From assembly GCF_000143415.4 (NCBI RefSeq), contig NW_003314262.1, positions 534,078 through 598,077 on the forward strand: a DNA stretch of 64,000 nucleotides, written 5' to 3'. The notes under the pieces are model-generated. The model saw nothing but the letters and a program-made list of their open reading frames with translations, was not told the DNA's origin and searched no databases. A program made the position numbers and the translations under genes. Of the stretch, positions 1 through 13,627 are shown piece after piece. Position 1 is the first letter of the stretch. Every line of letters starts with the position of its first letter. The stretch is from Selaginella moellendorffii. Lineage: Eukaryota; Plantae; Lycopodiophyta.

Positions 1-105
1 TTGGTTGGTTAGGGGAATCACACCATATATTAATTGACATCTGGTCTTGGATCTAACTCTGTTGGTTACTTAGGGGAATCACACCACATGTTAATTGACA
101 TCTGG
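1..105. repeat. Two-copy tandem repeat (~44 bp unit, ~61 bp period)
   Basis: taggggaatcacacca(t/c)at(a/g)ttaattgacatctgg occurs at ~10-44 and ~71-105. Confidence 0.8.
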
Positions 106-379
106 CAAATCCAACTTGCTCCACTAGCTGTGAGCTTCCGTTCATGAAAGTGTCAACTTGCAAGAAAGCATAGTAGATTATAAATAACTAAAAAAAACAA
201 TTCGAAAAATGATTTATAAGGGTTCAAATATAAAAGAAAAAGGTTCATGAATAAAAGTTCACCTTCTTTTCCAATCGGTTAAAGTTTTTGGGATACTTAG
301 TGTTAAGCATTCTTAGGTTTGAATATTATTGGGTCAAATGACCTTTTGGGAAATCCAAATTCAAGTGCTTACAATAGAG

Positions 380-1385
380 TTCGAGTTGGGGACCAAGACC
401 AAGACCGAGTTTGAGTTTGAGTCAAAGTCCAAGTCTAAGGGTGAAAACCCAAAGTGATCATCTCCCAGACCATAAGGGGTTTAGTGAGCTTCAAAAGGAT
501 AATAGGGGGAGGACTCCAGTGGAATCAATTTGGCTAAGAAAGGTCAATGTAATCAAGGAAAAATATACCTATATAGTGGGTGATGATATAACCATTATGA
601 AGGAGTCCAAAACTAGAGTGAATATAGATGGATAAATAGGGTAACTTAATGAAGAGTTCAAGAGCCAGCTTTAGCTCCTGATGCTTTTAATCCAAATGTG
701 GATGGCACTACTTACTTGCATATCTAGCATGGTTAAATGCCATCCCAAAGTCCCAAATTGTGGAAAAGAAGGAACAATCCTCTTGTGTAATGATCAAGGA
801 TATGGCCATATGGCAAAAAAGTCCTAAATGTCAATGGGATTTAATGGTTGGGCTTTCAAGCCTTACCTAGTGGCAGTGTTAGTGAGCATAGCCATGGAAA
901 AAAAAAGACTTAGTAGGGACTAAAGAAGGGATATTAAGGAAGGGTGTTTCTTATATTTTTAGGCATCCTAAGAATGCTATGACCATTCATGAATGGATGA
1001 ATTAGTCTTTGGCGTAAGCGCGAACACGTGGAGCATTTGGACTAAGTGCAAAAGTTAAGTGGCATAGATAGCATTTTCAGGGCTAGCAAGTCCCCAAGTC
1101 TAGAATAAGACTTATGGAGGTTGAGAGTGAGACTCCTCTAGGTGGTTAAAATTATAATTAAGTGACTAAAGTAGAATAGAAAAATTATCCCATGACCAAC
1201 ACCCAAGGTTACCACCGACATATCAGTCTATTACACTAAAGCCATGCCTATTTACCCTTGTCACACTGGTGATCTAACACCACCTGTATCACAATTCCGT
1301 GTCTCAAAGACTAAGCCATCCATCCATGAATGATCATTCCAGATCCACTCCTTAACATCTTTAGAATGCCCATAGATATGGGGAA
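380..1385. mobile_element. Degenerate LTR fragment of the element-1 family, followed by an inverted piece of the same LTR
   Basis: Collinear with 33350-34470 (agggtgaaaacccaaag, gagcttcaaaag..ataataggggg, aagagcca, gactaaagtagaat). ~1188-1385 is the reverse complement of the LTR segment at ~34095-34300 (cccatgaccaacacccaagg). Confidence 0.75.
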
Positions 1386-3308
1386 CAACTTGTTCCAATA
1401 TTTCTTTTTCAGTCCCTACTAAGTCCCTTTTGGAGCTTACAACCACCTCACCTCAGGCAAAAACTGGTTTGAAATTGAAATGGCTTTCACCAAACTGGTT
1501 TGTAAGCAAACCAGTTTTGTCTATTCCGGTTTGCATGGGTTTGTACTCGGGTAGAGTGCTTTTTTTTGGGGCAATTTGTTTTTTGTTTTTACTGTAATTT
1601 TAAGGTTTTGCAAAAAAAAAGGGGTGGGGTTGTGAAAATCGCATTGTGTGATGAACTTTATTTTTTTTTTTAACCACACAAGAGTTCTTTTGCATGGAGA
1701 AATTAAATTTGATATTTCAACTTCTACAACTTCCTCAAATCCAGGCCAAATCCTTGGCCATTTGGTACTAAACCCTGTTTTTTACTTCTTCCTTGCTTAG
1801 GAGCCTCATTGATAAAAATGGGACAAAAAGTCTCCCATAGAAACATTTACCTCTAAACAAAGACAACTTCCCCTCACAGTGAGATTCTTGAACTTGCTCA
1901 TTGTGTCATATTGAAATGATTGCACAACCAGGTGTTATTGGCAATGATTATTTGAAATCCCCCACTCTCAACAAAGACTGTCCATTTGCCATGGATCATT
2001 GCCTAAAAGGTGTCTAGGCCCACCAATAATTCTTGAGTAACTTCTTCAACAACATACCCCGTGTTGATCCAGAGTCTCTGACAAAAGAAAAGAGTGCCCA
2101 GACTCTACATAGACTATTTACTTTGACTGAGGAAATTGAAACGTGAATTTCTAGGCTTCATTCACTATTGGAGCAACTAAAGATGGGAAGCTCTTGTGGA
2201 AAAAAACACCTCAGTTAAAACAATTGGCAGTGCAGGAAACTGCATAAGTAAGCCCATTAGAATGTTAGCCATATCGTTTACTGAAAGCACAGCATCAACA
2301 ATACAGAGCAAACTTTATTAAATCCATGGCGCTCTTCAATCACAAAAGTCAAATACAAGGCAAAAGGAAGCTCTATTACCTGAAGAATAAAGCACACAAT
2401 GATTTTTTAACAATTTATAAAAGCTTTTGATTCTTACTTGAGACCATATAGTTGTCAGGACGAGAAAAACGAGTGTTTGTCAAATCCAAAACAGCCTATA
2501 CCATCCAAATCCATGGCAAAATTTTCAGCAGTAGCCAACAATTGTCCAGACCGAGTGTATGAACTGAAAGGAGCTGCATTGAAACATTGAGATTGAGAAT
2601 GAGAAGTAAGAATAGCACTAGAAACTTAAAACCTCTTTTCTCTCAAATTTCTCCTAGCTGATAACGCCTTGAGTGTGGCCCTGTACCCCAGAGATGCAAG
2701 TAGCTATCCACAAAAACTATGAACCCTGGCCAAGAACACTAATATTTCGTGGCGAAATCGACCAACAGATTCCTCTAGCAGCCATAGTTAATTTTTGCAA
2801 GCAAGTTTTGGGCTTTAACTCTAGATGTCCATGTCCAAGTCCAAGCCAGATGGAGTCTGAATTCAAGTAAGAAGCAGAACAAGAGGGCTTAAGCCTGAGC
2901 TGGAACACCAGCAGGGAGTGTGGAGCTGGGCACCCGAGGTCGACCCTTGGTTACGTGCAACACTCTTTCCCTTACTATCCTTCCTGGAGCATGTGGCCCC
3001 TAAGGAAGTCAAACCCTGCTAGCTAATAAATATCTTCTTTTAAATATAATTCAAAGCAAACTTAAACTCAAACTCAAAGTTGAAATCCAAATTCAACTCT
3101 TGACTTTAAATTTAAAGACATGGCATTGACACGATAGCAGCCAAACCCTGTTGCCCCTTGTTTGCTTGTTCAACCTCAACGCGCTTTAATGGACACAAAA
3201 GATACTGTTCAATAACAGTGGCTGCAAGACACTTTGAGCTATAAAAGATACATGCATTTCACTTTGTGTACTAGAGCAGACCTTTTCAGTTCATTTAAAA
3301 AATAGCAG

Positions 3309-5801
3309 ATGCTCTCGATGTTTCTCGCTTTTAGAATTCTCCTGCTGTGTTGCTTGTGCTATGTCATTTTAACTTCAGTGGCAACTGATGGTGGAAGTCC
3401 AGGAACAACCATAAATGTGAGAGGCGAAGACCCTCAGACATGGATTACATCTCCCAACGCTACCTTTTCTACAGGATTCAGCCATCTCAACCCCAAATCT
3501 CCCCTCTATAGTTTCTCGATATGGTACACCAAAATGCCCAACACAGTCGTCTGGAGCGCAATGTCTAATGACACGGGAGGTTTTCCAATCGGGCTTATCA
3601 AAGGCGACCAGCTCGTTTTCCAGACTGATGGTCGATTGGTTCTCACCTCCAATGCTGCTGGAATTATCTGGGGGACTTCTACATCAACTCTCGGGGTTAC
3701 AAAAGCTTTGCTTCAGGAGAATGGCAACTTACAGCTGCTAACGAGCAACGGAGTGCCTGTTTGGCAGTCATTTGACCGTCCCACGGATACAATTCTTCCT
3801 GATCAGCAGCTCATTGGAAACGCCCAACTTGTCTCCAATAACCAAAAATATGACCTTCAAATGGATGGGAGTAGAGTTGCGCTTTACTCCCAGGGCTATT
3901 GGCTTGAACCATACTGGACGATCAAGAATGACAATCAATCCAATTCTGCGGTCAGTCCTCCTCGTCTCAACTTCAGCACTACCGGGATGCTTTCTTTCTT
4001 TGATGGGAATGGCAGCTCCTGGAAAAATCCTGACAAAGTATACGACACGGCACAAAGGTATGCGCTCGATTATCCTAAAGTTGGTCTAACCCGGAGGCTG
4101 ACCTTGGACGATGATGGCAACTTGAGAATCTACACTCTTGATGAGATTAAGAAGAGGTGGATCATAACTTGGCAAGCTGTTCTTCTCGAGTGTGACATCT
4201 TTGGAAAGTGCGGGCGATTCGGGATATGCGCGTACCGGCCGACTGCGACTTGCATCTGTCCTCCGGGATTTCACCCCACAAATGCTTCCGATCCGTCACA
4301 GGATTGTGCCTACAATACTCCGTTGACCAAGTGTCCCACAGGCCAAAACTCAACGGATCCAAGGAACTTCAAGATGATCCAGCTTGTACGCACAGACTTC
4401 CAATACAATGACTATAATAGCCACCCGCTGCCAAGTCCATCCTCCCAGGAGGATTGTATCCAAAGGTGCCTCAGGGAGTGCGAGTGTCTCGGAGCTGCTT
4501 TCCAGATGGGTGGCGCTGGAATATGCTGGCTCAAGGGCTTAGATCCCTCGGGTCTGTTTAATGGCAAGCAGTCCGTGGACGTAGACAACGTTTTCTTCTT
4601 GAAAGTTTCTGCCAAAGATCCAGGACAAAGTCCGGATGCAAACATATACGTGACAAACGCAAATGCCACAGTCGTTCCTGGTTTCCAGTGGCTGGTGCTC
4701 CATCGGTCATTTTTCAGAGATACTCCTCGAGTTGCGCTATTCATCACAACACTCGTCTTGATGGTATTTCTCTTGGTTACTTGTTTTTTGGGGCTCAGCT
4801 GGATCATAAGCACTAGAGCACGTAACAACATAATGGATCTCGATTTTGGAAGTGGGCCTGCAAGATTCACGTATCAGCAGCTGCAAAATTTCACAGACAA
4901 CTTCTGTGACAAGCTTGGTTCGGGAGGATTTGGGACAGTCTACAAGGGGCGGCTTCCAAATGGCACTCTTGTTGCAGTCAAGGAGCTGGAAATAGCCATG
5001 CAAGCCGATAAACAGTTCCAAGCCGAGGTGAAGACCCTCGGCAAGATTCACCACATCAACCTCGTCCGCTTGCTGGGGTATTGCTACGAGGACACTCGAA
5101 AGCTCCTGGTTTATGAGTACATGCCTAATGGTTCACTGGATAAGCTACTTTTTCTGGATAGCTGGGCCAGCCGATTCAACATTGCTTTGGGGATTGCAAG
5201 AGGGATAACATATCTTCATGACGAATGTCAGGAATGCATTCTCCACTGTGACATCAAACCTCAAAACATCCTGCTTGATGAAAGCTTTTGTCCAAAGGTA
5301 GCGGATTTTGGTTTGGCCAAGCTGATGAAACGGGAGAGGGCATTGAGTGTGACAACTGTGCGTGGAACCAGGGGATATCTTGCGCCTGAGTGGATCAGCA
5401 ACCTTCCAATCACAACCAAGGTGGATGTCTACAGCTTTGGAATGGTGCTGCTCGAGATTATAAGCGGCAGGGAAAAGTATCTCATGACAATATCGGCCAT
5501 AAACTCAGAAAACAATCGCTGGTGTCTCTCGGACTGGGCTTACAACATGTATCAAGCAGGAGATCTGGAAAGCATTGTTGACAAGAAGCTGGTACAGGAG
5601 GAAGTGAATGTGGTGCAGTTCAAGAGGCTGCTCAAAGTTGCATTGTGGTGCATTCAGCACGATGCAAATGCAAGGCCATCAATGGGGAAAGTGGTGCAAA
5701 TGATGGAGGATATTGTACAAGTTCCTGAACCATCGTCTCCAAATCCTTCTTTCGAAATAGCTTTGGATCCTTCTATGGATCCTTCCGGTTCTCTGAGATA
5801 A
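3309..5801 (+). CDS. G-type (bulb) lectin S-domain receptor-like Ser/Thr kinase, SD2-like, intronless, 830 aa
   Basis: Signal peptide; B-lectin (WITSPNATFSTGF..FSIWY..VVWSA..LQENGNLQL..WQSFDRPTDTILP); RRLTLDDDGNLRIY; EGF-like CDIFGKCGRFGIC; PAN CIQRCLRECEC; TM helix; kinase motifs GSGGFG, VAVKEL, HCDIKPQN, DFG, APE. Confidence 0.95.
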   Translation: MLSMFLAFRILLLCCLCYVILTSVATDGGSPGTTINVRGEDPQTWITSPNATFSTGFSHLNPKSPLYSFSIWYTKMPNTVVWSAMSNDTGGFPIGLIKGDQLVFQTDGRLVLTSNAAGIIWGTSTSTLGVTKALLQENGNLQLLTSNGVPVWQSFDRPTDTILPDQQLIGNAQLVSNNQKYDLQMDGSRVALYSQGYWLEPYWTIKNDNQSNSAVSPPRLNFSTTGMLSFFDGNGSSWKNPDKVYDTAQRYALDYPKVGLTRRLTLDDDGNLRIYTLDEIKKRWIITWQAVLLECDIFGKCGRFGICAYRPTATCICPPGFHPTNASDPSQDCAYNTPLTKCPTGQNSTDPRNFKMIQLVRTDFQYNDYNSHPLPSPSSQEDCIQRCLRECECLGAAFQMGGAGICWLKGLDPSGLFNGKQSVDVDNVFFLKVSAKDPGQSPDANIYVTNANATVVPGFQWLVLHRSFFRDTPRVALFITTLVLMVFLLVTCFLGLSWIISTRARNNIMDLDFGSGPARFTYQQLQNFTDNFCDKLGSGGFGTVYKGRLPNGTLVAVKELEIAMQADKQFQAEVKTLGKIHHINLVRLLGYCYEDTRKLLVYEYMPNGSLDKLLFLDSWASRFNIALGIARGITYLHDECQECILHCDIKPQNILLDESFCPKVADFGLAKLMKRERALSVTTVRGTRGYLAPEWISNLPITTKVDVYSFGMVLLEIISGREKYLMTISAINSENNRWCLSDWAYNMYQAGDLESIVDKKLVQEEVNVVQFKRLLKVALWCIQHDANARPSMGKVVQMMEDIVQVPEPSSPNPSFEIALDPSMDPSGSLR

Positions 5802-7489
5802 AGAAGTAATTGGTTTGTTGATATTGTAGCCAAGAGCCCCGTGTGGCCCGAAACCGATAGAAGGCTCACAAAGGTGACCAGAGTCCAGGCGGTACCTGTT
5901 GCACTTCATGATGTGTATAAGCTACATTATACTGCACGTCAAGCCACACTGGTAAGCCGCCACATACTATGCAGTATCGACATCACTTATATGTGGATTG
6001 GATTTTGATTAACTCTTCATTTTTGTCATTGAGCACTGCATTGGCTACAATAAAAGAGAACACATAATGGTGAAAACTAAGGGGAGGAAGCAAACAAAGA
6101 AGACTATATACCTTGAAGTCCTCTATATGTGATTGAAAACTAAAGAACCCCAAAGTTTTTGTCTCTTTTAAATGCAAGCACTAATGGAGATTGATGGCAG
6201 AGGGTGTACCAATGCTCAGAGGCATTAATGAAGCTTCCTATTCAAGCCACAATCTTTTATATCCTCTTTAACTATGGGATGCCCTTGCTTGAGAAAATCC
6301 TTATCATAAGGTTAGTGAATATATAAAACATTATAGTGAATAATATAATACTTGGAAAAGCTTCATGCAAATTGATGATCAAGGATTGTTGAAAATATGA
6401 ACAATTTCCATGTGCTCCTGCAATTCCTGCGTAAATCTAGATGGAGCATATGCCTTATATACAAGTTTTGTTCTCAAATGATGGTTATGTGATAATTGTT
6501 AAATATTCCTCAAAAAAAAGTTAATTATTTAAAAATAAGTAATCATAGCCTAATTATAGTTGCTTCTCAAATGAAAAACCCTAGGGTTGGTTGAAACAAG
6601 TTGGCATGCACCTTGGGTGTTCTAGGGTGTAACCTTTCACCAACCTCAAAAAAAAAAAAGAAATTCAATCACATGATAGTTTACTATTGATATGCCAGTC
6701 AATCACCTACCTAAAGCACCAATCAGCTTGTAATGCTTGCCCAATTTTTACTTTTAAACTAGCCTGCCTCAAGGTCCTATGAGCATTCTTATACCCTACT
6801 GCGTCTAGAGGGATAAGCTTGTGCAATTTAGCAGCAATGAGTTCTAGGTCAAACACTTGCTCCAACCATAACTTCTAAAGACATGAAAGAGCCTTGGCAA
6901 TCTGCTTCATACTCAAATATCTCAGCAAGTAATGTCTAACAAAATTCACAAGCTTCTTTTGAGTCTCTAACCTGTTTGCAAAAGTAAAGCTTGGATTTTC
7001 CAAGCCTGATCTCTACAATCTCCACACTCCCATCAATATCCTAACTCTTTATGGACTATCTTCCTCAGAGCTACCTCCATCCATAGAACTAGACATATCT
7101 GCATGTTGGCTGGATGCCTTGGTCACACTAGAAGCTCAATCAACTGTTATAATTGCCTAGGAAAAATGCCAATGTTAAGTGTACATCCATGGCTGCCCTA
7201 GCAAGCTATGACCATACTCCATCAAATGATCTCCCCATGCTTGAAAAGTTGAGAGATAGGAGAACAAAAGAAATAAGAACAAGTTAGTTTATCAGACTCT
7301 TTGGCTAATGTCTTTAGTGACTAGCTGATGATATTCTCCCTTGTGATGCTAGAACCCCCTTACCCCCAACAAGTACCAACAAAAGGCCAAGGACACCACC
7401 AAGTTTATCAACCTGGATAAGTGATAGGGCAGCCTTGGTATCCCGTGTCCAAACTCTATTAAAAGACAATTATGCATTCCATATAGTAA

Positions 7490-7565
7490 TCTTTGGTTTG
7501 TTTAATAGTAGTGTTATTCTTATTTATTAATCTAATTGATCAAATGAAATTCTATATTATAAACT
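7490..7565 (+). repeat. Dispersed AT-rich repeat also found at ~31776-31850 (probable DNA-transposon/Helitron segment)
   Basis: gtttgtttaatagta(g/a)tgtt..tatttattaatctaattgatcaaat..attataaac is present at both places. Confidence 0.6.
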
Positions 7566-7794
7566 TAGTTTGTGAGGTCGAAGTGTATGGCTACAATACC
7601 ATATACTAATATTAGCGTAATAGAATTTTAGTAGCCATCGGATTGGTTTCAATTCGGACCACTTGCTTTTATATGTAAACTAGGGTTTTTGGGCTAATTG
7701 ATATGCACATTTCTTATATTGTTTTTCCATATTCTATACACTCATATTGGTGGAGGTGAGGGGCAATTTTAATTATCCTTGAGGAGTGCTAAAA

Positions 7795-7900
7795 TTTGGG
7801 ATTTTAGTTTAGATTTAACTTTTGCATTGTCTAGATCTCTTGTTTCTTATTGTTTTTGGGATTTTGGTTTAGATTTAACTTTTGCATTATTTAGATCTCC
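7795..7900. repeat. Two-copy tandem repeat, 60 bp period
   Basis: tttgggatttt(a/g)gtttagatttaacttttgcatt..tagatctc occurs twice. Confidence 0.8.
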
Positions 7901-8519
7901 TTTTTTTTACTATTTTTCTCAACTTTTTTTCTCTTGCTCTTTCTTTTTCCTTCATCTCTTTTGTTTTTTCCTTTTTCATTCATCTTCATGGCAGAGTAGT
8001 GGCTTCCTCTTTTAATTCTAGAGTAGTAGTTAGTGCAATTGCTCAATGTTATGTGGTTGTTATTGATTAGACTTAATGGCAATATTTATGATGTATGGTA
8101 CAACTCCTTCCTACTTTTACTATCAATCCTTATGTCCGGCTAAAGTTCTTCTATGAGAATCTTAAGGATGATATGTACCATTGACTTAATCACTTCCTAG
8201 TGATTGCTATATATCATTCTTGGGATGATGTTTGACGTTTGTGTGAATTTCCCATGTGTCTCCAAGGGACGGCACTGCAATGGTACAATAGTTTAAACGT
8301 AGTATTTTCCCAGATGTCTTCAAATGTGCATTTGGACATGCCAACGATTGTGATGATGCTTTTCAACAATTGCATTGTTTTTGTCAAGGACCATCTGAGT
8401 TGATGATGCAATTTGACATTCGTTTTTTAAGCCTCTTGCTTTGTGCGGAGCCAAATATGTTGGACTGGATCAAGCTGAGAATGTTGTGGCTAGCACTTCG
8501 TCAAGATCTAATAGGACTT

Positions 8520-8794
8520 GTGCATGCACTTGTTCCAGTATGACAAAAGTGAATGGGCATGGCCTTAGCATAATGGGCTAATATGTTGTTAGTACTTTTG
8601 GGTGTCGGTCATGGGATTGGACACATGGAGCACTTGGACCAATTGCAAAGGCTAAATGGCATAGATGCCTTTCTTGGGGCTAACATATCCTCAAGTCGGG
8701 AATAGAACTTATGAAGGTCATGAGTGAGATTCTTCCATGTGATTAAATGTGTGGTTAAGTGACTAAAGTAGAATGGAAAATTTAGTCACTTACA
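8520..8794 (+). mobile_element. 3' end fragment of an element-1-family LTR
   Basis: gggtgtcggtcatgggattggacac..ggagcacttggacc..gactaaagtagaatggaaaatttagtcacttaca matches the LTR ends at 34829 and 56188. Confidence 0.8.
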
Positions 8795-11299
8795 CAATAC
8801 TAACTATAACTTTAGAGTGTCTTCTAGGATATCCATGTCGAGAGGACAAACTTTGTTGATTATTGTCAACAAAGGTTTGCACTACTACAAGTGGAGAAAG
8901 ACTTTATATTGTCAAACACTATGCATCCATAGTAATAATATAGGAGGCTACAACATAGTGAGATTACTTGTGGTTCCATAGGAAGGTAATTAAGCAATAT
9001 AGCGTATAATGGTGTGATTGAAAGTGCCAAGGACGATGATAAAGATGGCCATAACATGGATTGGAAAGGGAGAGGCAACTTTGTGATTAAATGGATAATA
9101 TGCCAATCATCAAGGTATAATTGAGTCATTTAACAGAATAAGATGGACAAAACACTTACACTCATTAGTCACTTCTTAGGAGGTGGATGGGGTTGTGGAA
9201 GCACTCACAGACTTGATCTTTGTAGTGCTTCTACTTCGGCTACAGTTGTTGCTGCTTCGCATGGCACTAGAAGCCTATGTGGAAACTAGGGTTGGAGTAG
9301 AAGGTCTTGCACTTTGCCCAATAACTTATTGATGTGGTGTTAGCCCTAGTTGTGGTGGGGAGGAAATGTTATTAGCAGAGCCATGACATTAAGGAGATGA
9401 AAACATAACCTACTAAATGTTGCTCATATGTTACAATGTATAGAATGCAATATAGTGCTCTACTTGCTCAAAGGCAATTGGCAAAACAGCCACAACACCA
9501 TCCATATAGGGGCAAGTTCCTAGTGGAGTTGGGGGTCCACCTCTTTAGATTACGAGACCTGGTGGTATAGCTTGTGATGGCACAATCAGTGAAACAATCA
9601 ATCACTACCAAAATAGAGGCATGTTACTCACCATAGAGAACAATCATGATGATTCTTCCAACACTTGATGGGCACTCTTGCTAAATCACCATAACTCTCT
9701 CAATAAAGCTTGGAAATGAAGAGTTCAATCTTGGAGTTATCAAATATAATTAAGAAGGGAAAAATGTCACTATGCCCTAAATCCCTACCCTAAACCGATA
9801 TAAAAACCCTACATTTAACAACTTTGGCCACCTTTAACCATTAACCTACAATTTATCTTTCATGAGTTCTCTCAACACATCTAGCAATACTTTCCAAGTA
9901 CAAACTATAAACCATGAGGACAGGATGAAACCATTCTGTTCTAGGTTGGTATATCGGCAAAAGGCATCATTCCTAGAAGTGATAACTTCTAAAAAAGTGA
10001 TCAGCAAGATTCAGCAAATGATTAGCAAGTTATTAATAGATGACTTATAGTGTAAGTACATCAGCATTCTCAAAATTGTTGAGTCTTTCAATGAGTAGCC
10101 TTGCTCCATTGTGGTACATGGTGGATATGCTTAGATGGGATGTTGAGTCTTAGGAGGCTCCTTGTCATTGCAACCATAATACCAACTTTGTGTGTGTTGA
10201 GTGATGTTGTAGAATATTTAAGCATAAAAGATCCAACTGTAGAAGATCTGAGTGTAGATGATCCACATGTAGAAGATCCAAATATGATCAACTCAATTGT
10301 GAGTTCCATCTTGTGCAATAGGCTGGACAGGTAACCAACTATATACTAATTATTAAAATACAATATAATAAAAACCCTAATTATTCTACTTCTTAAATAA
10401 TATAATAAATCACTAAATTTATACTTAAATTTAATATAGCCTTAGGGTATATTAAATGCTTATTATATTTTCAACTTAAAATGCCTAAAATATTCACAAA
10501 TAAGATTAAATTTGCTGGATTAGGTTTTGTGTTTAATATGAAGTTTAATTAAAAATATTATAAACTCAATACTCACATTATCAAATCTACTACTTATAGA
10601 AGTAAATCTTTGATATAGAGTCAATATATTATTGTATAAGGAGAATGAAACTGGTGCTAGTTAAACCTAAATGTAATTTTTGTAAATCTCTTCTCTTCAC
10701 TAGAGTTGTAGTTGATAGTGTAGTGTTGATATACATTGCAAAATCTAGGCCTTGCACTTCAACTATTACACACTCTACAGACAAATCCAAATGAGGAGAT
10801 ATTACTTATCAGGGTTTAAGCCTTCCTTGTGTATTGCAAATGCTTGGTCTTTTACAAAATTAACTTCCTAAAAAAAAAGGCTTTGAAAAACAAATGCAAA
10901 TTGAAATAAACTAATATGTCCTAAAGTTGTTCTATCGACACTACAAATGAGTTCCCTTGGCAAATCTTATCCTTCTACGAAGGAGCTTGGACTAACTTGG
11001 ATAAAAAGAAAATAATTTAAGCAATGCCAGAATGTTTGGTAGAACAAGTCTTGATTTTACTTGAGTTTTCACTCTATCAATTGAAATAAATTAGCAGGGA
11101 TGTGGGATGCTCTAAAGTAATCACCACATCTAAAAGGATAAACCTCATGTAAATTTTATATTGCAACCTAATCAACAATGTCTTTTGCGAGATAAAGTGA
11201 AAATACACTTTGTAAGCTTTATTTATGCCATGCATTGCTTACATTAAGAATACTAGTATCCTCCATAGACTCAAAGAGATGCTTGTAAAACCACACCAC

Positions 11300-12600
11300 T
11301 CACTCATACAATTCTTGCCACAAATGCTTAATGCACCTTAAAAAAAAGTCTTAGAAAGGTAAACTTTAAGCAAAAATAAATTACTTGGTTTCACATTGAT
11401 GTTTTGCATATGATTCTTGCCTTTACACCCCAGCACTAGATCATACCATCTTACATGCCATTGTGTTTTGAAGCATTATCACTCCTCATTCGTTTCGGCC
11501 TCTTAAAGCAATATACAAGCTGTGCATATGTGTTGAAAATAGTATGGGCCTTTTTGCTTGTAGACAGCTTATAAACCACAATAAAGTGCTCTATAAATCA
11601 TGGCATGGACATAAAACCTGTAAATTACAAGTTTGTAATATGCTACAAAAACACAAAAATAATGGTTGGAAAAACAAAGAAGAAAAACACTTACAATCCA
11701 TATAATATTGTCTTGTTGGTATAAATCTATTGATGAATTCATGATATATGCCTACATTACAACCTTTTTTAATCATATAAAACTAATGCCTCACAAATTT
11801 AGCACCTACTAATATAGTAACCAACTACTCGATAACAAGAGCAAGAGTTGATAATTTCCCACCATGTCCTTGCATGATTCATGGGAATATTAATCCAGAC
11901 ATGGTTAAAACCTTCCTCTATTAGTATTATATGGTACACCCTTCTCCAATTTGTATTCACCACCTGCATATATTTATACAGTGTTGGTTCTTAAATAGTT
12001 TGTAAGATAAGCCATGGTCTTTGTGTCCAGAATCTTCAAGTGCATCCATACGTGTAATGCTGTTGCACTAGCAAATCCCCTCAACCTCAAAAAAATATTA
12101 AATTCTTACAAGAAGTACCATAATAAAACCCTCCAATTCAAAGATTCATCCACTCACCACTGGATTGTCACTATTTCCATCTTATTGAAATTGTAGCCGA
12201 ATAGTAACCCCATACGTTTTTCTTCTTCCACTAATACACCTATTCTCAACATTTTCATTTGAGTCCAATCTCACAAATCTAAGCTTTGGGCAAGACTTAC
12301 TCATTGTAAACTTCTTTAGTTAGTGCCAAAATCCAAACCAATTTAGCTACCATAACAACCTGCCACACTATTGAAATTAAACAACATGGCTAAGAACAAC
12401 TCCTCAAGAACTTTAAGTCACACTTAGACAATGACAATGATGATGAATGAGATGACCTATAAGTCATCCATGCCACTCACATGTGAATCATTTCATAGTC
12501 ATGTACCATTTGAAATACCTATATGCTTATTTCATTGGCATCTGGACTCTGCCCTATTGGAAAATGCCACTTGGACTATGCCATGCACAAGTACAATATT
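11300..12600 (-). mobile_element. Highly decayed DNA-transposon (possibly CACTA transposase) remnant
   Basis: Minus-strand translation near 12070-12135 reads VLLWYFL...LRLRGFA, resembling the CACTA KVLWYFP..RL.RLF motif; AT-rich, no intact ORF. Confidence 0.3.
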
Positions 12601-12679
12601 GTATAGGGGATTTACAAATGGCTTTGCAAGGTGCAAATTTATATAAACAGTTGGTTTAGGAAAAGCTGCCATCCTGATA

Positions 12680-13127
12680 ATGGACTGCCAGCTGGCATTT
12701 CAGCTGAAACCCAAGGCACCCTCTTCTCGACTTCCACTACTCTATGTCCAGATTCACCTGAGAAGGTATCATCATCAAAAGATGCTGCGCAAGGAGAAGA
12801 CTCCCAGCCTGGGAGTGTACAATCTCAGTCCGCCCCACACGCCACCAGCCTTCACCATCGCTTCCAAGCCCCACACCGGACTATCCAACTTGGAGAGCCC
12901 CGGACCTGGAGCATACTAAACCCAGCTACTGGCCGATCCAGTCCATCCTACTCCATCCATGCCAAAATTTCCACTGTCGACCGGGAGAAGATCGCTGTGC
13001 CCGGCCCTGGAACTTACAACATCGGCATGAGCCCGCCCTAAACTATGAGCTCGCAGAAGATCAATTTCCCCCAGCCTCGGCATGGGATACAAACCTCTGA
13101 AAGCTCCTTGTTTTGGGTCTTACTCGC
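12680..13127 (+). pseudogene. Internally deleted, frameshifted copy of the SHIPPO-repeat gene at 15892-17073
   Basis: Near-identical blocks to 15759-16206 and 16749-16810 (tggactgccagctggcatttcagctgaaacc; gatgctgcgcaaggagaagactccc; catgggatac..cctctgaaagctcct) joined by deletions. Confidence 0.9.
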
Positions 13128-13627
13128 ACGAGATGGATGAGATAGTCAGCCTTTCTGGCGCTCACGCACGATACAAAATTAGGATATAGACATTGTTGCA
13201 ACTGAAGTTGACGCTATAGTTCACAGGTCTCGGCGATCCTGGAGTGCTCGAAGTCTTGAGAATTTCCGGGGATGGAAGCCACCTTGTATTTCGTGCCAGG
13301 TTTAAGATTTGCAAAGTGGAAAAACTCCAGGCCTTCCAGCTCGAGATAACCAAATTTGAAGAGCCGATTCTCCTTTTCCGCGACGCTCTTCGTTTTCCTC
13401 GTAATCTGGTGGCTACCCCAGCGCAGGATTGAGCTACGATCCTCTGCGGAGGGACGCGGCCGCCTCGATCACAGCCGTGTCGAAGGAATCGGGACTCGAC
13501 GTTCCTGCGATTTTGATCAATCCAGCTCGAGATCCTGGATTGACACTAGCATTGTTTGGTTGATCTCTGGAGGATGCGATAGACAGCTCAAAGCGGACAC
13601 TGGTAATAATACGCTAGCGCGACTTGA

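Noticed and set aside
1790-2990. Coding-like decayed sequence (also 6700-7480 and 8214-8460 with a possible BED-finger remnant)
   Set aside because: Many stops and no confident motif; probably TE debris but cannot be classified without a search
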